Notes under the pieces: model-generated | The model's input: only the letters and a program-made list of their open reading frames with translations | The model's database searches: none | What the model was told of the DNA's origin: nothing | Position numbers and translations under genes: made by a program | Shown: positions 47,698-56,880 of the stretch, piece after piece | Position numbering within the stretch: position 1 is the stretch's first letter | How the letters are laid out: the number at the start of each line of letters is the position of its first letter | From: an uncultured Acidobacteriota bacterium | GTDB lineage: Bacteria; Acidobacteriota; UBA6911 | NCBI GenBank assembly: GCA_963809485.1 | Contig: CAWEJX010000016.1 | Coordinates: 87,659-151,658, forward strand | DNA length: 64,000 bases | Direction of reading: 5' to 3'

Positions 47698-48747
47698 TCA
47701 GAGTTTTTGGGTAAGCGCAATGAGCCTTTCGAGGCAAGCCATGGCCTTTCCGGACCGTATCGATTCGCGGGCAAGCTGGATGCCTTCGCGCAGGCTCGCG
47801 GCCTTTCCGCCTACAACCAATCCGGCAGCGGCATTCAAAAGGACAACGTCCTTGCGCGTTCCGCCTTCGTCGGAAAGGATTTCGCGGATGATCCCGGCAT
47901 TTTGGCGGGCATCCCCTCCCTGAATAGTGTGGATGGGAGCGCGCGCGATTCCGAAATCTTCCGGGGTCACATAGTAGGTCCGGACTTCGCCGTTTCTTGC
48001 TTCGGAGATTTTGCTCTCGCCGCTGATGGTGATTTCATCGAGGCCGTCGGAACCATGAACGACAAAAGCGCGCTCGGTGCCCAGTTCGCACAAAACCTGG
48101 GCCATCACCTCGGTGAGGTCCTCGTTGTACACACCCAGGACCTGGGCGGTGGCGCCGGCCGGATTGCAGATGGGGCCCAGGAGGTTGAAGACGGTACGGA
48201 TTTTCATTTCGCGGCGGGCGAGCACCACATAACGCATGGCTTCGTGCAGGAGAGGGGCGTAAAGGAAGCCGATTCCTGCCTCATCAATGCAGCGGGCAAC
48301 GTCTTCGGCCGTAAGATCCAGACGTATGCCCAAGGCTTCCACCACATCGGCGCTTCCGCAAAGGCTCGAGACGCTCCGGTTGCCGTGCTTGGCGACCCGC
48401 ACGCCTGCGCCCGCCACAACAAAAGCGGTTGCGGTGGAAATGTTGAAAGTTCCGGTCGCATCTCCGCCGGTGCCGCAGGTGTCGACGAGCATCTCGCGGT
48501 CCGTACCCGAAAATGCGGTTTCAACGCCGGCCCGGGGCCGGACGGGAGAGGCTTTGGCCCGCATCACCTTTGCGAAGCCGATGAGTTCCTCCACGGTTTC
48601 GCACTTCATGCGCAGCGCCGTCAGAAATGAAGCTATTTGGGCGTCGGTAGCCTGGCCGCTCATAATTTCGTTCATCAGCGACTCTGCCTCGGAACGGCTG
48701 AGATGCCGGCCTTCTACGACTCTTCGTATACCGTCGGTGATATGCAT
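47698..48747 (-). CDS. trpD: Anthranilate phosphoribosyltransferase
   Basis: DTCGTGGD, FNIST, KHGNRSVSS, GSADV, GLDE. Confidence 0.96.
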   Translation of the reverse strand: MHITDGIRRVVEGRHLSRSEAESLMNEIMSGQATDAQIASFLTALRMKCETVEELIGFAKVMRAKASPVRPRAGVETAFSGTDREMLVDTCGTGGDATGTFNISTATAFVVAGAGVRVAKHGNRSVSSLCGSADVVEALGIRLDLTAEDVARCIDEAGIGFLYAPLLHEAMRYVVLARREMKIRTVFNLLGPICNPAGATAQVLGVYNEDLTEVMAQVLCELGTERAFVVHGSDGLDEITISGESKISEARNGEVRTYYVTPEDFGIARAPIHTIQGGDARQNAGIIREILSDEGGTRKDVVLLNAAAGLVVGGKAASLREGIQLARESIRSGKAMACLERLIALTQKL

Positions 48748-48905
48748 GGCGCCAGTATATCCGGACCGCTCACCGGGCGAGAGAGAAAAAATTGCGCGGA
48801 AGGCAACGTGCCTGTGCGTATTAATTTCAAGGGCTTTTGGGCGCGAGATCATTGGCGCGGCCTCAGCATTTAAGAAGGGAACGCCCTAACAAGGTTTTCG
48901 TTAGG

Positions 48906-48955
48906 TATATATTTTTTCCGCGTACGTCAGCGCTTGTCGGCGTTCGTCGGCGTTA
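48906..48955. repeat. Stand-alone 10-11 nt GTCAGCGT/GTCGGCGT repeats
   Basis: Matches the interior of copy A (9365-9412). Confidence 0.6.
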
Positions 48956-49069
48956 AATTTGTGGACGGGCCTCCGGAGTCTGTCTCGAAACGCCTGTCCC
49001 GGAATCCTCGCCGGCAGTTTTGAGACAATCTCCGGAGAGTCGACCGCACAATAAATCAGGAGGCAGCCT

Positions 49070-49546
49070 ATGCAGATGCGAAAAACGGTTTGTGTCAGCG
49101 TTGCGGGATTCAGCCTGATTGAAATTATGATTGCATTGGTCATTTTGACCTTCGGGCTGCTGGCAACGGCGCAGTTGATCTACATATCGGTCGGTTCCGG
49201 CTCACTTGCCCGGTCCAAGCAAACGGCCGCCATCGCGGCCCAACACCGGATGGAGTACCTTTCGGATCTGTACCGTCTGAACCCGGATGCCGAAGATCTG
49301 GCACCGGGCAGTCACGGCCCTCAAGAGGATATTGTTGAGAATCCAATAGACGGGAAGATATTGAACCGCTACCGGATTTCCTGGTCGTCGGCAGGCGTAG
49401 CGGATCCCCGGCCCGGAAAGGCCCCGCGCGCCAGGCTTGTCAGCGCCACCATAGTTCCCATCCGGCCCGACGGATCCGTCAATCTGAAGCCGGCGCTGAA
49501 CAAGGCCCTGACATTTTCAACGATCTTGAGCCTGAGAACGCCATGA
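49070..49546 (+). CDS. PilV-like minor pilin
   Basis: GFSLIEIMIALVILTFGLL; AGGAGG RBS. Confidence 0.85.
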   Translation: MQMRKTVCVSVAGFSLIEIMIALVILTFGLLATAQLIYISVGSGSLARSKQTAAIAAQHRMEYLSDLYRLNPDAEDLAPGSHGPQEDIVENPIDGKILNRYRISWSSAGVADPRPGKAPRARLVSATIVPIRPDGSVNLKPALNKALTFSTILSLRTP

Positions 49547-50184
49547 GACATTCGAGGATTCAATACCTGTATGAATGCTTCCGCCAGCATCAAACCGGCG
49601 ATGAATCAGGGTTTACGATTACGGAATTCCTGATCTCAGCCTGCATCCTCCTCATCGTCTCGGCGGCCGTTTTCGGCATTCTGTCCGAGCTCCAGCGCAC
49701 GGCGAGCTACCAGGCAGAGGTTCAATCGGTCCTCAACAATACGCGCATAGCGATGCAAACAATCGAGCGCTCCATCAGGCAGGCCGGGAACGATCCTCTC
49801 GACTGCGGCCTGGCAGGAATATTCATCGCCGCCCCTGCCGAGGTTGGTATCCGGTCCGACTTGACCGGGTCTCTTGGACCCTCCAGCCCGGACAAGGGGG
49901 ATCCCGATGGGGATATCGACGATTCGGGGGAAAATGTCATTATCCGCCTCAACCGGACCAACAGCACGCTCGAGGTGGTGTCCGGCGGCTCGGTCCAACT
50001 TGTGGCCAATCACATTTCCGGGCTTTCACTCCAGTATTACGATGCCATCGGCAACACAACAGCCAGCGGACCCGATGTGCGCAAGATCTCGGTTACCATT
50101 TCAGGATCCAGCCTTTTGCCGGATCCTCAGACCCATCGGATTTTTGCCGTACGGCTGAATAGCGTTTTTGAAATTTCAACTTGA
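49543..50184 (+). CDS. PilW-like minor pilin
   Basis: GFTITEF, IRQAG.DP; overlaps the pilV-like stop. Confidence 0.8.
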   Translation: MRHSRIQYLYECFRQHQTGDESGFTITEFLISACILLIVSAAVFGILSELQRTASYQAEVQSVLNNTRIAMQTIERSIRQAGNDPLDCGLAGIFIAAPAEVGIRSDLTGSLGPSSPDKGDPDGDIDDSGENVIIRLNRTNSTLEVVSGGSVQLVANHISGLSLQYYDAIGNTTASGPDVRKISVTISGSSLLPDPQTHRIFAVRLNSVFEIST

Positions 50185-50269
50185 GAAAACCGCCAAAAAA
50201 AATTTGGGCAAATAGCCATAAATAAAGCGATAAAATGCTCCGCATCTACCGAAAAGTATATGGGGGTGC

Positions 50270-50866
50270 ATGATGAAAAAATCCGCAGCGCTTTGGCCCG
50301 CAATCTTTCTTTGGGCAGCAGTTTCAGCAGCTTATCCTCAATCCCTGTCGGAACTTGCAGATAAAGAAAAGGCTCGCCGGCAGGAAATAAAGGATGAGTC
50401 CAAAGTGATCACCAACGCTGAAGCAGCGAAGTATAGTACCGGCCCGGTTACGACCACCAGCCTCCCTCCGGCGCCTGCGGCCAAAACTGAACCTGAAGCG
50501 GCGAAGAGCGCGTCTGATACTCAAGCCGCATCGGAACCGGTCGATCCGAACGAACCGGTTGATTTTGAGGGCCGGCCCGAAAGCTTCTGGCGCAAAGCCA
50601 TGGCCGATGCCCGTCAGAAGGTGAAGGATCTCGAAAATGAGCAGAATGTTCTGACCCTGAAACAGGCCGATCTGCAGTTTCAGTTTTACAGGGAAGATGA
50701 CGGCTACAAGCGGGAGGGGATCCAGAGAGATATACAGAAGACATATTATGAGCAGGACCTGAACAAAGAAAACCTGACGAAAGCAAAAGAGGCATTGGCG
50801 GACCTGGAGAAGGAAGCGCGAAAAAGCGGTGCTCTGCCGGGATGGATTGAGTCCCGAACCCCCTAG
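50270..50866 (+). CDS. Hypothetical exported coiled-coil protein
   Basis: Signal peptide, QSLSELA, KVITN, EARKSGALPGW. Confidence 0.75.
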   Translation: MMKKSAALWPAIFLWAAVSAAYPQSLSELADKEKARRQEIKDESKVITNAEAAKYSTGPVTTTSLPPAPAAKTEPEAAKSASDTQAASEPVDPNEPVDFEGRPESFWRKAMADARQKVKDLENEQNVLTLKQADLQFQFYREDDGYKREGIQRDIQKTYYEQDLNKENLTKAKEALADLEKEARKSGALPGWIESRTP

Positions 50867-50960
50867 TTTAGGTTTTCGAATTCCATAACAGCCCTACACG
50901 TGTATGTTTTTCTCCGACAAACAAAATTACCCCTGATTTTGATGTAAATAGGGAAAACTT

Positions 50961-50997
50961 CTCACTCGGAGACGCGGCCTCTGCGTCTCTGTGTGAG
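50961..50997. repeat. Hairpin of CTCTGCGT-type units downstream of the menG-like gene
   Basis: ctcactcggagacgcgg / ctgcgtctctgtgtgag. Confidence 0.55.
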
Positions 50998-51045
50998 TTT
51001 TTTCCTTACGGCGATTCCACGCAGACGCATTTGCTTTGAAAAATG

Positions 51046-51766
51046 CTACTCGGGGGCGAATCCTGCCAAAAGGACTGCAATCCCTGCCGTAAGCCTCCTG
51101 TGTTCCACATCCACGAAACCGGCCCGTTCCACTCTCTTGCACAATGCCTCGACCGAGGGAAAAGCCTGGACGCTGCCTGGCAGATATCCATATGGACCGT
51201 CGACGCCGGAGAGGAGCTTCCCCAATGCTGGGCAGGATTCTTAGGAAATATAGCCGGTATAGCTTCGCGAAAATCGGCTTGCGCGGCATGCCGAACTCGA
51301 GGATTCCCAGGATACCTCCGGGGCGCATAATCCGCCGCATCTCCTGAAGACCGCGATCGATATCCGCCAGGTTTCTCAGAACGAACGCCGAAACCACTAT
51401 ATCGAAGGAGCTCGAGGCAAAAGGGAGAGCGAGCGCATCCGCGCCCAGAAGCACTATTGGTTCGTGAGGCGCACTGCCGGCGATTTTATTTTACACCGAT
51501 TCGGAGCATTGGCTGGGAAAAATCACAGCCGAACACCGGTCCGAGCCGCGAAAAAAGCAGCGAAAGATCCGCCGTCCCGCAGCCCACGTCCAGTATTCTG
51601 GGGCGGGAGGACGGAGGATCCTCTTCCGTATTTCCTCAAAAAAGACATTACGCCAGCGGCGATCAATATTTGCAGAGAGAAAGTGGTTGAGAAAATCATA
51701 CCGGTTCGCAATCGTGCCGAACATATCGCGCACTTTGCGCGCCTTGTCTCCTTCTTCGTTATTCAT
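51046..51766 (-). pseudogene. menG: UbiE/MenG C-methyltransferase broken by three homopolymer frameshifts (or sequencing errors)
   Basis: MFGTIANRYDFLNHFLS / ILDVGCGTAD / DALALPF..FVLRN / YLPGSVQAFP lie in successive different frames. Confidence 0.85.
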
Positions 51767-51803
51767 GCCGCCAGATTTTTCCGAGTCTTCCGCTTCTGAG
51801 GCC

Positions 51804-52904
51804 TTATTCCCCGTTCGCGGCCAGGAACTCCCTGAGGAATCGCCGAAGGCCGGAGGCATCCAGGCTGCCGCGTATCTCGGCAGCGCCCAGTTTCGGCAGG
51901 AAGACCATGCGAATATTTCCCGAGTTGAACTTCTTGTCCAGAGCCATTGCATTCCACAGCCGGCTGCAGGAAATGCCTTTCAAAGACGGGAGAGGACCCA
52001 CCCTCCGAATGAGCCGCGTCAGTCTTGCAGCCTCCGTTTCCCGGAGAAAGCCCAGTTGGCGGCCATATGCCAAAGCGGCCAGCATTCCCCAGGCTACAGC
52101 TTCTCCGTGCTTGAAGCGCCGGAAATTGGTTGCAGCTTCCAAGGCGTGGCCCACGGTATGGCCGTAGTTGAGTATCATCCTCAGCCCGGTTTCTTTTTCG
52201 TCCTTGGCTACAACGGCGGCTTTGATGCGGGCTGCTTCCACGACAACATGCTCCATTTCCGAAGGCCGGCAACGCAGGATCGCAGGGAGTTGCTGCTCTA
52301 TGAAACGCAGCAGAGGTTCAGAGCGTATGGCCCCGCATTTGATCGCTTCGTAAATTCCCGTTTTAAGTTCCCTTCGGGGCAGCGTCGCAAGGCTGCCGGT
52401 ATCGGCCAGCACCGCGGCTGGCTGGTAGAAAGCGCCGATCAGGTTCTTGCCCTGAGCCGCGTTGATGCCGACTTTCCCCCCGATCGAGCTGTCGACCTGG
52501 GCCAGCAGCGTGGTCGGCGCCATCGCGAAGCGGATTCCACGCATGAAGGTGGCGGCGGCGAATCCGGCGATATCCCCTACAACCCCTCCGCCAAATGCCA
52601 GGATCCATGAACTCCTGTCCGCATGCGCGCGGAACATCTCCCGATAGATCTTGAGCAACGTCGAGTGATTTTTGTACCGCTCGCCGTCCCCGATCCGTAT
52701 AACGGTCGCACTGCCCAATGTCCGCCGAATCGATTCCAAAAGAATCGGACCATGGAGACGCAGAACTCTGCTGTTGGTGATAACAATAGGAGGGGTATCG
52801 AATCCGCGCCTTGCCAGAAGCTTGCCGGCATCGGCAAGGATACCCCGGCCGACAATGATGGGGTATCTCCGGTCCTCCGCCAGGTTTACGTGTAAAGTCT
52901 TCAA
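51804..52904 (-). CDS. aroB: 3-dehydroquinate synthase
   Basis: GGGVVGD, PTTLLAQVDSSIGGK, LNYGHTVGHA, HGEAV. Confidence 0.97.
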   Translation of the reverse strand: MKTLHVNLAEDRRYPIIVGRGILADAGKLLARRGFDTPPIVITNSRVLRLHGPILLESIRRTLGSATVIRIGDGERYKNHSTLLKIYREMFRAHADRSSWILAFGGGVVGDIAGFAAATFMRGIRFAMAPTTLLAQVDSSIGGKVGINAAQGKNLIGAFYQPAAVLADTGSLATLPRRELKTGIYEAIKCGAIRSEPLLRFIEQQLPAILRCRPSEMEHVVVEAARIKAAVVAKDEKETGLRMILNYGHTVGHALEAATNFRRFKHGEAVAWGMLAALAYGRQLGFLRETEAARLTRLIRRVGPLPSLKGISCSRLWNAMALDKKFNSGNIRMVFLPKLGAAEIRGSLDASGLRRFLREFLAANGE

Positions 52905-53059
52905 GGAAATATTCCTTCCGATGCTTCGCTCGCGGCAGGCTGTTCATCCGCCGGTTTCCACCATTACTTTGCCCGCTGACCAAACATCATAGGCATCGGT
53001 TTCCACCCAAATCAAGTATGCTGTAGAATAGTTTTTTATCCCTGCTCATGGAGAATGAG

Positions 53060-53494
53060 ATGGCAGATCCTTTGGAGGAACTGGAGAGCCGTTTGCGCGC
53101 AGTTTATTCGGACACCACTGTGGACCATGTGCTGCACCCGCGCAATATCGAAAGCATTCCCAATCCGGACGGCTTTGCCGAATACGGCAGCGGTGGCGGC
53201 GAGACCATGAAGATCTGGCTCAGAATCCGGGACTCCGTCATAGAGGATGCCGGCTTCTGGACCAATGGTTGTGCAGCCACTATCGCCTGCGGCAGCATGT
53301 CGACCGAACTGGCCATTGGAAAGTCGGTGAGTCAGGCACTGGGAATAACGGCTCAGGATATTGCGCTGGCGCTGGTCGACCTGCCCCCCGGCAATCTGCA
53401 TTGCGCGGAAATGGCCGCGGCTGCCCTCAGAATCGCCCTGAAGGATCACCTGGCCGTTCAGCAACAACCCTGGAAACGCCTCTACCGGAAATAG
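53060..53494 (+). CDS. IscU/NifU-N-like protein lacking the first cysteine
   Basis: DHVLHPRN, GSGGGE (versus CGD), GCAATIAC, HCA. Confidence 0.82.
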   Translation: MADPLEELESRLRAVYSDTTVDHVLHPRNIESIPNPDGFAEYGSGGGETMKIWLRIRDSVIEDAGFWTNGCAATIACGSMSTELAIGKSVSQALGITAQDIALALVDLPPGNLHCAEMAAAALRIALKDHLAVQQQPWKRLYRK

Positions 53495-53539
53495 GGAAAA
53501 CGGTGCCGGAAACCGGTGTCGCGGGCACCCTTTTTCCGC

Positions 53540-53569
53540 TTGACACCGCTGGAATGGCTCCACTAAGAT
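53540..53569 (+). promoter_or_regulatory. Sigma70-type promoter for nuoE-JKLMN
   Basis: TTGACA-18 nt-TAAGAT; downstream AAATATT-N9-AATATTT palindrome at about 53596-53618. Confidence 0.6.
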
Positions 53570-53639
53570 CGTAGACGCAGCACTGATTCGTTCCAAATAT
53601 TTGATTTCATAATATTTGTGGGCCTTCCGGAATGTGAGA

Positions 53640-54104
53640 ATGCTTTCAGAATCCGCGTGTCGGCAGATTCAAGCCTTGATCGGTAAATATCCGCAGAAGA
53701 GGTCCGCCCTTATCCCTTCTTTGCAGCTGGCCCAAAAAGAGGCCGGGTATATTTCTGCCGATATTGTTGGCGAGGTGGCGGATTTATTCGATCTTTCCCC
53801 AAACGAAGTCTACGAAGTCGTCAGCTTTTACACGATGTTTTACAGAAAACCGGTGGGGAAACACGTCGTCCAGGTGTGCACCAACATCTCCTGCATGTTG
53901 TGCAACGCGGAAGGCATCCTGGCGCATCTTACGGAAAGACTCGGGATCAGGCCGGGGGAAACCACACCGGACAAAAAATTCACGCTGCTGGAAGTGGAGT
54001 GTCTGGGCTCCTGCGGGACGGGCCCTGTCGTTCAAATCAACGAGGATTATCACGAGGATCTCACACCGGAAAAGCTCGACCGGATTTTGGACAGCCTGGA
54101 ATAA
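53640..54104 (+). CDS. nuoE: NADH-quinone oxidoreductase subunit E
   Basis: SFYTMF, CTNISC, ECLGSC. Confidence 0.93.
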   Translation: MLSESACRQIQALIGKYPQKRSALIPSLQLAQKEAGYISADIVGEVADLFDLSPNEVYEVVSFYTMFYRKPVGKHVVQVCTNISCMLCNAEGILAHLTERLGIRPGETTPDKKFTLLEVECLGSCGTGPVVQINEDYHEDLTPEKLDRILDSLE

Positions 54105-54610
54105 TGGAAACCGCACTCTTTTACTTTTTCGGCGTCATCGCGCTCCTGGCCGCCATTAACGTGGTTGCTCAGAGGAAGGTATTTTATTCCGCAATTTCGC
54201 TCATTATTTGCCTCTGTGCGGTGGCTGCTTTGTACATAGCTCTCGAAGCGCCTTTCATCGCGGCGATTCAGATTATTGTTTATGCGGGGGCAATCATGGT
54301 GTTGTTCGTGTTCGTGATCATGCTCCTGGATCCGTTTTCGGCCGCCGTGCTGCGGGACAAGAAAAAATCGCTGAGCTATCTCGCGGTTTTGCTGGCGATC
54401 CTGGTCCTTACGGCTCTTTATCCGATTCTGAGATCCTTCGACTCGGCGCAAACGCCCAGGATGGTGGACTCCATGAGCGGCGACCCCGCTTCGGTAAAGC
54501 ATCTCGGGCAGGTTCTTTTCAACCAGTATCTGGTGCCATTTGAAGTGACGTCTGTGCTGATCCTGGTGGCTATTATCGGTGTTGTGGTGCTCGCCAGGCG
54601 GCAGTCCTAG
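54104..54610 (+). CDS. nuoJ: NADH-quinone oxidoreductase subunit J
   Basis: QIIVYAGAIMVLFVFVIM, PFE; TAATG coupling to nuoE. Confidence 0.95.
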   Translation: METALFYFFGVIALLAAINVVAQRKVFYSAISLIICLCAVAALYIALEAPFIAAIQIIVYAGAIMVLFVFVIMLLDPFSAAVLRDKKKSLSYLAVLLAILVLTALYPILRSFDSAQTPRMVDSMSGDPASVKHLGQVLFNQYLVPFEVTSVLILVAIIGVVVLARRQS

Positions 54611-54617
54611 ATCAGAT

Positions 54618-54917
54618 ATGGATCTAATACACTATCTTGTCCTGAGCATGCTTCTTTTCATCATTGGAGCTGCAGGCTTCATCATTAAAAAAAACGTGAT
54701 ATCGGTGTTCCTCTGCCTGGAGCTCATGCTCAACGCCGTAAATCTCAGTTTCGTGGCATTCGCAAAACACCTGAACCAGGTCCAGGGACAGATATTCGTC
54801 TTCCTGGTCATGGTTGTGGCCGCGGCGGAAGCGGCCGTGGGGCTTGCTATTACAATAGTTCTGTATCGCAATCGCAAGACTCTGAGTGTAGATGACGCCG
54901 ACTCGATGAAATGGTAA
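54618..54917 (+). CDS. nuoK: NADH-quinone oxidoreductase subunit K
   Basis: ELMLNAVN, AAEAAVGLA. Confidence 0.96.
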   Translation: MDLIHYLVLSMLLFIIGAAGFIIKKNVISVFLCLELMLNAVNLSFVAFAKHLNQVQGQIFVFLVMVVAAAEAAVGLAITIVLYRNRKTLSVDDADSMKW

Positions 54918-54924
54918 GAGCAAA

Positions 54925-56865
54925 ATGACCGACTCCCTTTGGTTGATCCCCCTAATCCCCCTGATCGGTGCAGCCATCAACGGGCTTGCGGGCAAGCGCC
55001 TGCCAAAATCGGCCGTATCGGCGATCGCGTGCGGGGCGGCCGGAATATCCTTTCTCCTCGCCTGCATTTCTTTCGTGAACCTGCTGCAATTAGCGCCCGA
55101 GCAGCGGCATGTGCTGAAGGTATATTTTACATGGATCGCCTCCGGAGACTTCCTGGCCAAAGCCGAGTTCCTCCTGGATCCCCTTTCAGCCGTGATGATC
55201 CTTGTGGTGACCGGGGTCGGGTTCCTCATCCACATTTACTCCATCGGCTATATGCACGCGGAAGACGGCTATTACCGTTTCTTCGCCTACATGAACCTCT
55301 TCCTCTTCTCGATGCTGATTCTGGTTTTGTCCGGCAATTTCCTGCTGATGTTCGTGGGATGGGAAGGCGTCGGCCTCTGCTCTTACCTGCTGATCGGCTA
55401 CTATTTTGATCGCCGCAGCGCCGCAGATGCAGGCAAAAAGGCCTTTATCGTAAACCGCATCGGGGACGTGGGATTCATTCTCGGAATATTCCTCGTATTC
55501 ATGACGTTCAACAGCCTCGATTTCGGCGAGGTGTTCGGGCAGATTGCTGCCGGAACGGAGCGCTTCGCCGTTGAATCAGGAATCGGGATTCTCACGGCGA
55601 TCGCCCTGCTGTTGTTTGTGGGTGCAACGGGCAAAAGCGCGCAAATCCCTCTTTACGTCTGGCTGCCCGACGCCATGGAGGGCCCGACGCCGGTCAGCGC
55701 GCTGATTCACGCGGCAACCATGGTGACCGCAGGCGTCTACATGGTGGTCCGCTGTTCGCCCATATTCAGCCGCGCGCCCCTGGCGATGGACGTGGTGATG
55801 GTCGTCGGGATTGCCACGACGGTCCTGGCTGCCACGATCGGGCTGGTTCAGAAGGACATCAAGCGGGTTTTGGCATACTCCACCGTGAGTCAGCTCGGCT
55901 ACATGTTCGTAGCCGCCGGCGTGGGCGCCTTTTCGGCGGGGATTTTCCACCTGATGACCCACGCTTTTTTCAAGGCATTGCTCTTCCTTGGGGCGGGAAG
56001 CGTGATCCACGCATTGAGCGGAGAACAGGACCTCATGCGCATGGGGGGTTTGCGCAAACACATCCCCGTAACCTACCGCACCATGATGATCGCAGCTCTG
56101 GCCATCAGCGGAATCTTTCCGCTCGCGGGATTTTTCAGCAAGGATGAGATCCTCTGGTCCGCGTGGGCGCAGGGGCATCCCTTTATCTGGCTTTTCGGGT
56201 TGATCACTGCCGGCCTAACGGCCTTTTACATGTTCCGGCTGGTATTTCTGGCGTTTTACGGCGAGGCGCGCTACCCGGAGGAGGTCCGTCACCACGTGCA
56301 CGAATCGCCGGGCAGCATGACGGGCCCATTGGTCGTGCTGGGCATTCTGTCCGTCATCGGGGGGTTCGTCGGAACGCCTCTCTGGATGCATCTGGGCCCG
56401 AACCGGTTCTTCAGTTTCCTGGAACCGTCTCTTGCCCTTGCCCGCCTTCCCGAAGGCCATGAGTTCTCCCACATTGCGGAGCTGGGATTTGCCGTAATTT
56501 CCCTGGCAGTGGCGGGAGTCGGCATCTACATCGCATATAGGATTTATGTCCTGAATCCGGGGACCGCGGAGAATCTTGCCTCACGTCTGAGCGGAATCTA
56601 CCGAATCCTGTTCCGAAAATATTACGTCGACGAGCTGTACGACGCAGTCGTGGTGAATCCCACGGTTCGCGGCTCGACCGAGCTGCTCTGGAAACGGGCG
56701 GATGTCGGACTGATTGACGGGGCTGTCAATGGAGTCGGATCCGCGGTCCAAAGGATGGCAGCCATTCTCAAATATGTTCAGAACGGCCTTATTCGCAGCT
56801 ACGCCACATGGATTCTTCTGGGCACAGCGGCCGTCCTGCTTTACATCTCTGTTTTCCGAAGCTAG
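54925..56865 (+). CDS. nuoL: NADH-quinone oxidoreductase subunit L
   Basis: GWEGVG, KSAQIPL..WLPDAMEGPTPVSALIHAATMV. Confidence 0.97.
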   Translation: MTDSLWLIPLIPLIGAAINGLAGKRLPKSAVSAIACGAAGISFLLACISFVNLLQLAPEQRHVLKVYFTWIASGDFLAKAEFLLDPLSAVMILVVTGVGFLIHIYSIGYMHAEDGYYRFFAYMNLFLFSMLILVLSGNFLLMFVGWEGVGLCSYLLIGYYFDRRSAADAGKKAFIVNRIGDVGFILGIFLVFMTFNSLDFGEVFGQIAAGTERFAVESGIGILTAIALLLFVGATGKSAQIPLYVWLPDAMEGPTPVSALIHAATMVTAGVYMVVRCSPIFSRAPLAMDVVMVVGIATTVLAATIGLVQKDIKRVLAYSTVSQLGYMFVAAGVGAFSAGIFHLMTHAFFKALLFLGAGSVIHALSGEQDLMRMGGLRKHIPVTYRTMMIAALAISGIFPLAGFFSKDEILWSAWAQGHPFIWLFGLITAGLTAFYMFRLVFLAFYGEARYPEEVRHHVHESPGSMTGPLVVLGILSVIGGFVGTPLWMHLGPNRFFSFLEPSLALARLPEGHEFSHIAELGFAVISLAVAGVGIYIAYRIYVLNPGTAENLASRLSGIYRILFRKYYVDELYDAVVVNPTVRGSTELLWKRADVGLIDGAVNGVGSAVQRMAAILKYVQNGLIRSYATWILLGTAAVLLYISVFRS

Positions 56866-56880
56866 GCGCGACGGGATATT

